A stretch of 63,985 nt of DNA, the filler included, from Perkinsus olseni (taxonomy: Eukaryota): assembly GCA_013115125.1 (NCBI GenBank). It is 4 parts of 4 records of this genome, joined end to end, with 100 filler letters (N's around TTAATTAATTAA, not from the genome) between each part and the next. Parts side by side here need not be neighbours in the genome. Positions count along the whole stretch, not along the records: positions 49,755 to 63,985 come from JABANN010000733.1; 3 more parts are not named here. One strand, written 5' to 3'. The translations under genes and the position numbers were made by a program. The notes beneath the pieces are model-generated. The model was not told the origin of the DNA. It saw only the letters and a list, made by a program, of their open reading frames with translations, and made no database searches. This document shows, piece by piece, positions 50,399 through 62,201 of this stretch (position 1 is its first letter; every line of letters starts with the position of its first letter).

Positions 50399-51688
50399 TT
50401 AGAAATCTGGGAGGAGAGTCGAGTCTCGGCGGGTAACGGCACCGGTGAGAAGCCTACGAGTGACATTCTCAACTCTATTTAACATTCTGAACGAGCGTGT
50501 AAGAAAGGAAGCTGGATTCAACGGGTCCAGGTCTGCCACTTTCGAAAAAGGGCTGTCGCTGTCCACGGCTATGCCATGAAGCCCATGCATTTTCGCCAAT
50601 CTGGCCGTGTTGGTTGCACGAGCTGGAGAGTAGAAGTGATGGTCAATGCCGTCGAAGCTCTCGAAAAAGCCCTTTTCTTTGGGGTCGCTTTGGAAGTCAA
50701 GAATTGCCTGTGAGTATCCGTAGGCTGGGCACCCGTCAACCGGCAAGGCGACGAGAGGTACCTGATTCAGGTAACCTGAATAACAGTTACTCTAAGGAGG
50801 GGTGGCGTTCCTGATGACTTCCTCAGCGAATTGCTCCATGTTAATTCAACATGGAGCAACATTGTTGAAGACAGCTATATCTTCATCACCAGTGGGATGA
50901 ATAGTGACGAAATTGATATTCGCCGTTCCTCCCAGTCCAGTTCTTTTCACATCATGCCACATATCGGACCGGAACCTAAACAGCCGACTCGAGAAAGGGT
51001 CCTCACGAGGTTTGAGAGCTACGCGGAACTATACTTCCAACGCCAGATCTCGAGAAGCGATATTTCTCTCGTGCCGTTTTTATAGGAGCGACATCGCCAC
51101 CGTGGAACTCACCAGATTGCAGAGTCTTTACCCAACTCCTTCACAGTCTGTAGGAGTTCGATCGAAGACTTGGCTACGTCATCGAAGAAATCTACGAGTT
51201 CCACCCGGAAGCCGTCAACGGGGTACTCCGCGGTGAATTCAGCAACGCTCTCGAGGAAGGCTGCCTTGTCAAAAATCTCGGGAGGACACTCGCCCGAGTC
51301 GGCCAGTATTTTGCCCCCTGCAGCTTTCACTCGCTCCTTAAGGGCCATGAAGCTGGACTTGTCCCAAGGTTCCGAAGACTGGAGGCGTGGCTCGATTCTG
51401 CCTGCTCGGACTCTGTGCCCACTAAGCCAGTAGTTCTTTACACCGCTGTCAACCAGTCGGTTGAAATAATCCCTAGTCGGCCGAGGCATAGATCTCTTCA
51501 TTGGGGCACTGAGGGCCGTCTGCCAGGTTACGCGCCACAACATGTGGCCCGTGATGTACCCATGGGTATTGAACGCCCTTATAAACCTGAAGAGCCCTGC
51601 TCCTGCGGGCCTTCTTGTGGAACCATGACCAAGGAGAGACCATCGAGACAAGCGTGCATAGACATAGTAGCTGCATGGTGGCCCACAT
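50399..51688 (-). pseudogene. Secreted GH18 (chitinase-like TIM barrel) homolog, non-catalytic and apparently frameshifted
   Basis: Signal peptide; ALKERVKAAGGKIL..FLESVAEFTAEYPVDGFRVE (degenerate FDGxDxDxE); RLAKMHGLHGIAV..DLDP. A frame change near 51480-51500 and internal stops are present. Confidence 0.55.
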
Positions 51689-53651
51689 ACGATAGAGAGT
51701 TCAGGGAAAAGCTGCTGACCACAGGTTTACCCAAAGACCGACCTGGATCAGGAATGATTCATCTGGAAACTCCTGCTACAGTCTCGTCGACGATGAGACT
51801 GTCGCAGGAGTTTCGATGAGTCATCGTCAAGTGAATCGATCGGCAGCATGTTACCCAAAGGAGATGAGCTCAGTCAGTATCGACCACGAGGAAATATCTC
51901 GTGAGGTACTAGCTCATGGACACGGCATGGACTCCGTTTCTCTGAGGCAACCTCACCCAACTCCGTGAGAGGTCGAATCATAGATCGACACTATTCGACA
52001 GGTCCCTTGTGAACTTCGGACCCTCACCACTGGCTAAGAAACTCCGATGATGAATTCAAGCTCATATGTGGCCTTTATCCCTGAATGCCTCTTATCAATG
52101 GTGAGGGGTGAGCCACCATGTACAGGCCAGTATAGTTTGGCTCTCCCTCAGAGTGTTAGTCGAACCGAGGATCGGTTAGCGAACCGCTTCGGTGCAGCGT
52201 GCCGCTCGCTGCGCGCGTCAGGCGTGACTGTTAGTAGTAACACCCGCACTGGTTGACTCAACAACACCTGGGATGGACACAGGATTGAGTATAATGGGAA
52301 TTAAAGCTTCTTCTTCTATCCATTTCTGTCGATGGGCTGCAACCGTTTCATGCAGCGAATAATGAGCGAGCGAGATTCGTGCGTACGCGCGCGAACAGTG
52401 ACCCGCTCAGCTGTGAAGTATCGGGGTGGCCTTAGTAGAACCGAAGGAAAGGGGAAGTCGATGTAGACAAGTCTGAGTGGTCCTTGATGTCGCAGTGGTT
52501 CAAGAAGGCCTCAATCCCAATACTTGGAACTCGAAGTCAGAGGTGTTGTAGTTGGAAGGTCGGGTTGCAGAGATCAAATACCACTTAGGAGGAGTCCCAC
52601 AGTGGCAGCAAATGAGCAAAACTCGTACTAGAGTCTCACTAATCCCTCGCCCACCGTGAGAGTCACCCTCAATCTCGGCTTAGGGCCCCTCCCAGAAAAT
52701 GAAACGGCTGACGGTTATATGTAGACAACTGAGGCGCGCGCCAACTCCCGTGCGCTGTCCCCTCGAACCAGCGGTTCGTCACACAGCACGTACGTCGTAC
52801 GCGCCGCGTGTGGCAGGAGGATCTGCCTGCTCCTGTTGGCCAGTGTTCTAGCTGCGAGATATCGATTGTTCGCTATGTGTAGATCGACTCCGTTCGGCCT
52901 TACTTGCTGCTTTAACTTTTTGACTGTGCAGCCCGCGCGTGCAAAGTAGACAGATAACACTCTCGCGCCCGCCAAATACTGTCTAAGTGCAGCTTGTATC
53001 TGTATGCGTCAAAGGATCGATTGCATTTAGAGTCTTTCGTGGATTCTTCTGTGTATTGTCGTTGGCCCGTCTGCCAACTCGTCAGCAGCAGCTCTATTAT
53101 TATCTGTATTGGCCTTTGGGATCGTGCTACCAGAGTCACTGGCATCGACTACCTATAGTATCAATCGACGACTCGATCACGACGTTGAAGATATCCGCCC
53201 ACACGCGTGACGTCGACTGACGTCAACTGCCAGCTGGCATAAGCCTCATGCCCAATGATCAACATTCATGAGTTTTGCCACGGAGAGCATTCTTGTTATG
53301 GAGCGCTGTCGACTGGCACGGTTGTCGCCGTCGACTGGCGCGGTGATCGATTTGATGATGATCGATTTCAGCTATCAGCACGTGTATGCATATTCCCCCT
53401 CGTGAGGCCTTTATCAGTTCCGTTGCATACTGATATCAATGACTGGCGGCACGTCGGTGTTGCGCTAGTACGGGACGCTCGCACGAGTCATAACAATTCT
53501 GTAGCAGCTCTCCGCAATTTTCCTCGTCTCAGAGTGCCATAGTATTTCCGAGTAACTACAGTATTACTGTAACAGTAAGCGTTACCGAGTTCCGGTTACC
53601 GGCAGCTGTGTTTTTGGTTGTGATGTTCCTCGCCTCAGCTGGTCATTTGTA

Positions 53652-54740
53652 ATGTTCGGGACCTTCCTACGACTACTTCCCGTGATCCATGCATTCTCGG
53701 GCAGCGAGGGGCAGACACTCACACTAGAGACAACCTACGGTAACGTGCCTGGCTACGGCTACGCCCTACTTGGCGAAATCGAGGTTGACGGTCAAACCAT
53801 GCATGCTCTCATCGATACTGGGACATCGGCCTTCTTCCTAGTATGGGACCATTGGTTTCGTGCTACACATTATCTACCTATCAGCAAGTACCCCAATATC
53901 GGTTACTATAAATGCCCAGGCCCCTGCGTGTCGTCCACAATCTCGACAATTACCTACGTGGACCAGACGACCGTCGACATTTTCGAGCACCAGGGCACGC
54001 TGCAGCACCGTGGGGCTAACATTGGTACGGTCAAATTCGGTTTAGTGGTTGGACATAAATCACCTGACCACTCACCACCCTTCCACTCTATCGGGCTTGG
54101 TAGGCAGGTGAACCCAGGTTACCCCTCGCTGAGAGCTCAACTACAAGGCTCAGGAATCAGTGATGTATTCGCTCTATATTTAATAGGAGTTCAGGGGGTA
54201 GGTTCTGTCAAAGGCCGACTCATCCTCGGCGGCGATGATCCCAGCGTATACACAGCGCCGCTAACCTATATTTCGCTCGAACAACAAAGTCTCTATGCTG
54301 TCCGGCTCGCAACCGTGCAGGTCGGTGGTGGAATCAAGACTGTTGGTATCAATCAACCTGCGGTATTCGATACTGGGGCAGACGGTTTATTCGTCCCGAA
54401 GTTTCATTTTGATGATCTTATCAAAGCTATCATTGATCAAGCATCTCAGGCTGCTGGCACCAAAGTTGCATTTACATGGGTCCCCGCGTTGAGCATTTAC
54501 ACGTTCGACTGTACCTATCTCCCGTCATTACCGCCGATCGAGCTCGGCTTGGGACATGCAGGGCAAGCTCCGATTGTTTTCAGCAACTACGCTCGCATGA
54601 CATGTGACACTTGCTCCCTCGCAATCACAGATGATTCCAATCAATTCTGGACGTTACCACCGTCCATTCTGATCGGAAATTACTTCCAATTCGAGCCGAA
54701 AAACGGCCGCGTTGGGGTCGCACCACTCCGCTCTCGATAG
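53652..54740 (+). CDS. Secreted A1 aspartic protease, both catalytic Asp present (362 aa, intronless)
   Basis: Signal peptide; ALIDTGTS, flap Tyr (ITYVD), SIGLG, GRLILGG, AVFDTGAD, YFQFEPKNGRVGVA. Confidence 0.9.
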   Translation: MFGTFLRLLPVIHAFSGSEGQTLTLETTYGNVPGYGYALLGEIEVDGQTMHALIDTGTSAFFLVWDHWFRATHYLPISKYPNIGYYKCPGPCVSSTISTITYVDQTTVDIFEHQGTLQHRGANIGTVKFGLVVGHKSPDHSPPFHSIGLGRQVNPGYPSLRAQLQGSGISDVFALYLIGVQGVGSVKGRLILGGDDPSVYTAPLTYISLEQQSLYAVRLATVQVGGGIKTVGINQPAVFDTGADGLFVPKFHFDDLIKAIIDQASQAAGTKVAFTWVPALSIYTFDCTYLPSLPPIELGLGHAGQAPIVFSNYARMTCDTCSLAITDDSNQFWTLPPSILIGNYFQFEPKNGRVGVAPLRSR

Positions 54741-55542
54741 ACTCAGTTTTCTCAATTATCCACTCTATAAACTCCGCTATGTTGCGTCATCAGCGTCACC
54801 TCAAGGGGCGTGGGTTGATAAAACTACGTACCGCATTGGTGGTTTTAGGAGACTAATTCAGTCTGATCGAAAGTTCTCCAGTTTTGCTAATCATTCTGAG
54901 ATTATTCTAAATACGAAGCCTTGGTATATATTTTTGTTCTCGGGAGTCTTGTAGGTCTCAGAATCCTGGAGCAAATAATGAGTGACCGCGTTGTCTCTGA
55001 GCACCTTCTGTGTCTCTAAGTGAGTTAGCCGCGTAGCTTGACGCTGAGTAAGTGTGCCTAAGGCTGAGTATGAAGTGAAAGCCTCGAGTAATACTCTCAA
55101 GATCAAGGATCGTATTATCCCTTTGATGTTCTCAGGGGATTTCTGTGCATTTCCTCTGTGGTATCGATCGATATACTGATGCAATTGGGTTTACACAGTG
55201 TACTCACTTGCTTATTGGTAAGAAGCAGCTATTGTGTCGACGAGCTATGGTTGCTAAGTTCTTCAATCAACTATGTTCGGCCCTCACGCAGCATCTTGAT
55301 GCTCGCAGGGGTCTATTGTAGTGCCGGATAGGCGTAACTTTTGTGTATCTTCCTTCGTTCGTCGAACGGCGTTCGAGGCTCACTATTGGATATTTGCAAC
55401 AACAAAAAACAGCAGCAGCTCGGACCAAGGTTGGACGCTCTCGATGCCATCGAGTCGATGGCAGCAGTTGGGACAAAGACCGCGAGGATGGAGGAAGGCG
55501 CAGAAGAATTCGGTCGAAGCCTTAGAGCAGGAAGACATGATA

Positions 55543-55965
55543 ATTCAATCACGTATTGCTCGCGTCTAAGGGCAGTTTCAATCTGAGCTATGGTTGCTGA
55601 GCACGGGTGAACTCCTACCGAAACCTTATGCGGGTCTCCTCATCCTGGCGATTTTTGACGAAGTGTCAAAGGTCGTCGGTGTTCCTATTAGACATTCGTA
55701 CGAGGTGGAAGCTCGAGTGAAGCTCACTTCGTTCGATTGTGCATACATAAGTTATTTTCCGCCAATCCAGCTTAGTTTGGGCCCTGAAGGAGAGGTCCCC
55801 ATAAGCATCAGTAACTACGCCCGGAACAAGGATGGTGTCTGCTCTCTGGCGATCAGAGGCATCCCCGGGAAGCAGTTCCATTTACCGGCTTACGTCTTCC
55901 TCGGAAGGTATTTCGAAGTCCAGCCAGAGAAGGGTCTGATAGGATTTGCTACGCTCCGTCAGTAG
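55543..55965 (+). pseudogene. A1 aspartic protease C-terminal-lobe remnant (paralog of 53652-54740)
   Basis: FDCAYISYFPPIQLSLG..SNYARNKDGVCSLAI..LGRYFEVQPEKGLIGFATLR aligns to the neighbour's C-terminus; DTG is replaced by STG, with an upstream stop and frameshift. Confidence 0.75.
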
Positions 55966-57049
55966 TTTCAGCTTGTCTGGTAGTAGAAGGCAAGTTGCAC
56001 CAGGGTTGTGAGCTGGTGGTCTTTTCATTAAATCAGCTTAACTTGAGCCTCTTAAAGGCCTAGAGTAATTTTCGATTGTTATTTCTCAGAGATAGCAGTC
56101 TGTATTAGCCCGTGCAAGCTCTCGTCTACGATCAGCAGTATAATTTCATTGGCCAGCTATCGTTGATGGCGGTACTGCGGCCTATGGTGCTTGTGGACAT
56201 CCTCTTCTAGCGCCGCCCGATCTCCTCACGTATGACTTGGCCCACCAGCGGCGGTTTTTCCAGTCTCATCAGTATGTAAAATATCCAGAACAGATCCGGC
56301 CATAGTGCTTCTTCATGCTCCCACTCCTCAAGTTAGCCCTTCTTTGAGGAAGGTCCGATCTAAGACTGCCGCCTCGACGAGTCAGCGCTCCTGCGTTCTT
56401 ACTTAATTTCGCTGTCTATTCGCAGTAATACCGCGGCGGTATACATGAGAATCGTTCCGTCTTTTATATTGCTCTGTGCTGTAGTGTTGAGCACAGCTCC
56501 GGGGGCATACACGACGAGCACCATATTTCGCAGCGCGCCTACTTGTTGACGCGTATCCTGATCGATAGTGTTACCTGCAAAGTGTGGCGGGAGGCATCAG
56601 CGGAGCTGCAGCGTACATACCGTGTTCTCGCGATCTTTGGGCGAGAGAGCATAGCAGGAGCCCGTTCAAGTGTTCATTTTTCCGAGAACTCTTACTCGGA
56701 AAAGTCGCTTTTCTGAGCTCGGAGAAAAAATGTTGTTCAAGTGAGTGACTCATCCGAGCTCAGAATCCGAGTTCTCGGATCCGGTGAATTCCGATTAGCG
56801 CGACAACATATTCCTAGTTGGCTGTTCAAGTGGGGCTATTTTCCCCTCAATTCACGCTTTCCGAGTCCTAGCGATAGGGGGTAGTGTTTCCGAGTCCCCT
56901 CCATGAAACACAACGCGAGGACTCCACAGAAAAGTATATACCATCACATTCACGCAGTTCCCAATCATCGCAAGGCCCCTTAATATGCTACTAAGTAGTA
57001 GAAAACATTCTTTCACACGAAATAGACAATGTAGCTGCAGGCTAGTAGC

Positions 57050-57966
57050 CTACCAATAATGAGGGAAACAATTTACGAGCCATGCTTGAGCAATAGTTAA
57101 GTCCTTCGACAATCTCACCCCGAGTTCGGCGTTTAGCTTCTCGCAAAGCAAACGGTAGTACTCAGTTTTCTGCTTCACATAATTTTCTTGAGATGCCTTG
57201 AGAGATACAGCAGCCTCTGCCAAGGATCTTCTATCAGTAGCCACACGCTGACGCTTGGAAGGCTTGTCAACCCTCGACGAGCTGTAGCGGTTGATGCATG
57301 AGGTTGACCGGTAAGAGTGCTCGATGACGGAGAAGATTTAGAAGAATCACTGAGACCCGTGATAGGAACATCACCACCATAACCGGCGCTCCTGCAGCTC
57401 TGCTGCGCAGAGTTCTCAACTAGTGGGTGTAGTACTTCCTCTTGGCCGATGATATCAGGCACACCGTCAGAGAGAACTTCCAAACCATCGACGCTAGCCT
57501 TACTGCCAGTGCCAAGTATACGCTCGACCACAATATCCATCTCATCAAGTGTACATGAGGAACCTCCACCGCTCCCAGTCTGGGCATTCTTGTCCTTCTT
57601 AACCTTGTAGCGTTTTTTCAGATCTCCCCACTTCGAATCTCTTAAGTAAGCCACTAGCTTGTTAGTGGCCGGTATGTTACCCGATTTCGCTAACGCAATG
57701 TCGTTGTCAGAGAGTCTCCCCCACAAAGTCTGTGGGGAAGACTCTCCGACAACGACATTGCACAGACTGCGCCAGCCATTAGCGATAACCATAGCAGCTA
57801 TCCCATGCCATTTGTCAAGGCGGCTCTCACGAGTGTGGGAATTATCGAACTGACCTTCTAAATGTTTGATATTCTGCTCGATCAGAGCCAAAAAACTGAG
57901 CTTCTCTTCCATAACCCGCTTGCGGTCTCCTGATACCTGCTCCTTAGTTCTACGAGACGCAACCAT
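57050..57966 (-). CDS. Harbinger Myb/SANT-like DNA-binding protein (ORF 57175-57966 plus probable second exon to 57050)
   Basis: EEKLSFLALI..SRLDKWHGIA..LRDSKWGDLKKRYK..QTGSGG trihelix pattern; the C-terminal coil KQKTEYYRLLCEKL is in another frame behind a CAG acceptor near 57282. Confidence 0.8.
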
Positions 57967-58153
57967 AATGGTAATAAAGTCACCTGTGCGGTATACACGT
58001 TAAGCGACCATACCAGAGTAATGCTGCCCGTGATACATTCTTAATAAGAATAAGAATTTCTTATTGAAGTACCCTACTTCATGCGCAGCACGGATGCGTC
58101 GAGGCACCCTCCAGTCCTTCGTCGTGGGATGCGATGCTCATGCTTCAATAGTG

Positions 58154-59191
58154 ATGCATTCCGCGTCTTCCTTATTCTCCTCATCCGACTCTAGCGACGA
58201 GGAAATTCCTCGCGTTTATGTTGTTGCCCCCCGCCGAAACTTTGACGGTCCTCAAGTAGAATTTGCAGAAGCCAGATTTCGCTTGGACTCTACGCAACTG
58301 GATTACATATGTCAATTGTTGGGACCGGCTCTGGCTGCCTCTGAACGGCAGCAGAGGAGACAGAGCTTTGTCCTGAGTACGAGGCAACGAGTGGCGATTG
58401 GCTTGAGGGTTCTTGCTACAGGATCCACGTATCGAACGGTTGGTGATGCACATGGTGTTGCGATTGGTACTGTATCAGCAGTCGTCAGACGGTTCATTGG
58501 AGCAGTTGTGGATGTCATGTGTCCGGTATATATTGCAATTCCGACTGGTGAGGAACTACAAGCTAGTATTGATGGCTTCCGTCAGCTAGGTGGAATGATG
58601 GACGTGTGGGGGGGCGTTGATGGCACTCACGTCCGGGTTCACCCTCCCAGAGAGTTGGAAGAGAGCTTTCTCAACAGGCACCATGAGCATTCGCTGAATT
58701 GCCAGATTGTCTGTTCTTACTCTCTCAAAATATGCGACTTGTCTTGCAGATGGGTAGGGTCGGTTCATGATAGTCGGGTGTTTCGGAATTCTCCTCTGGG
58801 TCGACGTTTGGAAGCCGGATGGGGGCCCGATGGCCTCAACATAGTTATCCTTGGGGACAGCGCATATCGAGCCACTGCATATCTACGTACTCCCTTTTCC
58901 AGAGCCGATGGTAGAGTATTGTCAGCGGATCAGCAAGAGTTTAACGACCGCCATCGTCGGGCTCGTACACTCGTCGAGAGATGTATAGGAGTCCTCAAGA
59001 GTCAGTTTCGATCTTTGAAAGATCTCCGAATTAGGGGACAGACTCGACAGAGTCGTGAAGACTCCATGGAGCTCACAGCCAATGCCATTCGAGCCTGTGT
59101 TGCTCTCCGTAACTTTCTCATAGTCCATCGAGTTGACCAAATAGACGAGGTAGACTCTGATTTGGATGGACCTGACAGGGACTCCGAATGA
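58154..59191 (+). CDS. Harbinger DDE transposase (DDE_Tnp_4 / HARBI1-like)
   Basis: FRL, LRVLATGSTYRTVG (HTH), GGVDGTHV, GSVHDSRVF, ILGDSAY, FNDRHRRARTLVERCIGVLKSQFRSL, ACVALRNF. Upstream alternative starts at 58094 and 58064. Confidence 0.95.
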   Translation: MHSASSLFSSSDSSDEEIPRVYVVAPRRNFDGPQVEFAEARFRLDSTQLDYICQLLGPALAASERQQRRQSFVLSTRQRVAIGLRVLATGSTYRTVGDAHGVAIGTVSAVVRRFIGAVVDVMCPVYIAIPTGEELQASIDGFRQLGGMMDVWGGVDGTHVRVHPPRELEESFLNRHHEHSLNCQIVCSYSLKICDLSCRWVGSVHDSRVFRNSPLGRRLEAGWGPDGLNIVILGDSAYRATAYLRTPFSRADGRVLSADQQEFNDRHRRARTLVERCIGVLKSQFRSLKDLRIRGQTRQSREDSMELTANAIRACVALRNFLIVHRVDQIDEVDSDLDGPDRDSE

Positions 59192-59869
59192 CGATAGCAA
59201 TCATGTATGCGAGGGATATCTTTGTAGACGGCTTGGACGTGTAGTTTCCGAATATGTGCTGTCACTGATGTTTTGTGTTGTAAAATCGAGTCAGAGTGGG
59301 TTCCGAGTCCCAGCCGTGACTCGGAGGCGGCACTTGAATGCACTGCACAACCGCTCGGGAAGGCTACTCGGAGAAAGCTCTCCGAAAGTGCGCCTTTCCG
59401 AGCTGGAACACTTGAACAAACTGCAGCTCGGAGATCATTTACTAGGTCTCGGAACTAGGAAAATGCAACTAGGACTCGGAACTCGGAGTGGCTGAGCACT
59501 TGAACGGGCTCCAGTTCTGCATACGCCAATCTTCTACCATCCACGCATTTCGCAGATCTTTTGAGGGAATGGGGCAAGAGCTGAAAGCGACAGAAGAAGC
59601 CTGGTTTGCGGGTGGAGGGAGGCAAACAGATCCCTGAAAATGCTTCCTTGGACTTTGTACTTCTACCTCGGTTTTGGGAGTTACCCATTTTGATAACCGT
59701 CAAAACAGTGAGTGTCCACTCAGAAGCTACCTATGCATTGTCAATGGCAGTCTGCCATACACCTGAGGCGAACACGTTGATTGGAGAAGACACAAAACTC
59801 TGACGACGCGAGATCTCAGCGAGGCCTGCTCGAGCATTGAACCACCATCGCAATTCAAGCCAGCACAGA

Positions 59870-59983
59870 CTTTGTTTTGCAGCGTCAAACTTGAATGCGT
59901 ACTGTCAATCTTGGGTGCTCAATGTCATTCTTGAATGAGGTACAGCCAATCTTGTAAAGAACAAAAATAGGCCTGTCAAAGTT
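59870..59983 (+). repeat. 114-bp repeat copy A (internal GTCA(A/T)TCTTG subrepeats)
   Basis: Colinear, ungapped, diverged match to 60754-60867. Confidence 0.85.
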
Positions 59984-60753
59984 AAGCTCAATTGTGTCAA
60001 TCTTGGGCCCGACATATTATGGGTGTGACATTCTTGAATTCTCATTGTCATTCTCGGATACAACAGTTTTTCTCGTGTCTGCTCACTGGGCAAACTCGCA
60101 CGGGAGATGGTGTAGATCTCCCGTTCTATTATAGCATCTCATTACCGATCACCTCCTCTCGAGTCCGATTTTACCTTTCTTCGGGCCTCGTCTCAAATAC
60201 CCATACTGCACTGAGTTGCAGTGCACATGCAATTCTTCAGAATTGGTATACCACAAACGGGAGATTATCCGCTATTATTATACATAGCGCTCATTCTTAC
60301 GCCTGAAGAAATTTAGATGCTTAGGGCTACTTAGGGCAACTGGCGCGAGAGATGACGAGGGTCGACCGAAGTAACCTTCCCGCTTGGTATTTATTTTTGT
60401 TCTCGGGAGCCCTATAGGCTATAGGCTATAGCATATAGGCTATACATATAGGCTGTGTACATCACTCGGTTATTAGGGACGGTTATTGGTATGAAGCAGT
60501 TAGTGTGTTGGGCAGGTATGGTCACTAAGCATGGGCGTAACTCAGACTCTGAGTCTTAGAGTCATCCGCAGATGGGACTCGTACGGTTCGATAACTCAGC
60601 TGACACTTTCGGCTCCCAACATGTTGAATCTGCATCGTGTATCCGATGCGCCAGCAGTTTAGTGAAGCGGGTGACTACAACACATAGTAGTGTGTGTGAT
60701 CTCAATTGTAAGTTGACCAATGTCAGTAGTTTCTTTCCTAACTCAAGCTTGGG

Positions 60754-60867
60754 CTTTGTGTTGCAGTGTCAAACTTGAATGCGTATTGTCAATCTTGGGT
60801 GCGCAATGTCATTCTTGGATGGAATACTGTCAATCTTGAATAGCACAAAAATGGGCCTGTCAAAGTT
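60754..60867 (+). repeat. 114-bp repeat copy B, ending at the LINE 3' tail
   Basis: Similarity to copy A stops 3 nt before the (CTT)9 tract. Confidence 0.85.
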
Positions 60868-61124
60868 GAACTTCTTCTTCTTCTTCTTCTTCTTCTTGTG
60901 CAGCACCCCTCCGACCGGGCGGGTGATAGCCAGTATAGGGGTATAGCTGCGGGCTCAGTCGCTGCCTGAGCCCTGGTAGGAACCGACTCGGTTCGACGGT
61001 TGGACTTCAACCGAGAGATAGTACATTACACCGCACAGAGTGCTATAGGTGGGAAGCCCCCCAGAGACCTCCCAGCTGCCACCAGTAGGATGCTTTATAT
61101 CCCGACATCCCTAGCGCCGCAAGG

Positions 61125-62201
61125 CTAGCGGGATGACGGCCACATCTTCCTCATGTACTTCAACCATGTGCGAACACTGTGGTTTGATGCCAACAGTCGC
61201 GTCATATCGTATGGATTATCCAGGGCGCCTTTACCCAGGCAAGTCTCCCTCCACCTCCGCCAGCGGGAGCACTGGTGTAGATGTATGGAAGATTCCCTAC
61301 TCCTGCCACAGTAGCGGCACTCCGGCATCCCACCATCCAATCTGGATAAGTGGGCCCTCAGACAGCCGTGTCCCGTTAAAGCCTCGGAGATCAGTCTTCG
61401 GTCATTCATTGATACGGCCACCACGCGGAGGCGCCTGCACTGGCGCCGGTCGAGCATCACGCCTGTCTTCTTGATGTACGTCAGCTGCCGAGCCTTGCGC
61501 CATCGCCATTCTTCTTCTTCTCTGAACTTCGCTTTGACCTGACGGACAGTGTAAGATTCTGGAATGCCAACATCTGTTATATCCTTTCTCTTTCCGCCTA
61601 ATCTTGCCAGGGTGTCTGCAATTTCATTACCGCTGATACCCGTATGAGCTCTTGTCCACTGAACGACCAGATCGCACGACACAGCAGCGCGTTCGACAGC
61701 CCTGCGGGCATTCCTTACCGATGTACTCTCGAGCTTACGTTGACCGGTCACTGCTCGTATGGCAGCCTGACTGTCACTATAGATAACCGCCTGCCTCAGG
61801 GGGTTGTCCTGGGTAGAAGTCAACCTATTGGCTGCAGCCTCGATCCCTCGAAGCTCGCCTTGCATAACGGTGGCGTGATCCGATAACCTCGTATACGAGA
61901 ACCACACTACCGCATTTTCTCTGCCGGATGGCGTCAGCTCGACGGCGCCCGATCCGGTGCGCCCAGTTAGACCCCACCCTCCGATTTTACTACCATCGCA
62001 GAATATGTGCCTCTTAGCAGAAGAGAGGTTATCTACCTGACCATCACTTATGACTGCGAGTGGGCCATGTCGCCTCGCACGGTTCGCTGGATATGAAACG
62101 TCTAGATTCATATCTTTTGGGTTCCGTACCACCGTGCCCGACGCCCCCCAGCGGTCAAGGGCCTTGGTCTCAACCTTACTGATGTCCCAGTCCCGGTGGA
62201 G
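61125..62201 (-). CDS. LINE ORF2 RNase H + zinc-knuckle region, in frame with RT after one TAG
   Basis: IFCDGSK, TVMQGELRGI, IYSDSQAAI, WTRAHTGISGNEIADTLA, LTGHG, CRYCG..ESSIHLHQC. Confidence 0.9.
   Translation of the reverse strand, partial: LHRDWDISKVETKALDRWGASGTVVRNPKDMNLDVSYPANRARRHGPLAVISDGQVDNLSSAKRHIFCDGSKIGGWGLTGRTGSGAVELTPSGRENAVVWFSYTRLSDHATVMQGELRGIEAAANRLTSTQDNPLRQAVIYSDSQAAIRAVTGQRKLESTSVRNARRAVERAAVSCDLVVQWTRAHTGISGNEIADTLARLGGKRKDITDVGIPESYTVRQVKAKFREEEEWRWRKARQLTYIKKTGVMLDRRQCRRLRVVAVSMNDRRLISEALTGHGCLRAHLSRLDGGMPECRYCGRSRESSIHLHQCSRWRRWRETCLGKGALDNPYDMTRLLASNHSVRTWLKYMRKMWPSSR

Larger units (their letters stand above)
56658..59511. mobile_element. Complete PIF/Harbinger DNA transposon (2854 bp)
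   Basis: TIR GAGCCCGTTCAAGTG(T/C)TCA at both ends; CAG TSD at 56655-56657 and 59512-59514; subterminal CTCGGA/TCCGAG clusters; divergent Myb-like and DDE genes. Confidence 0.93.
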
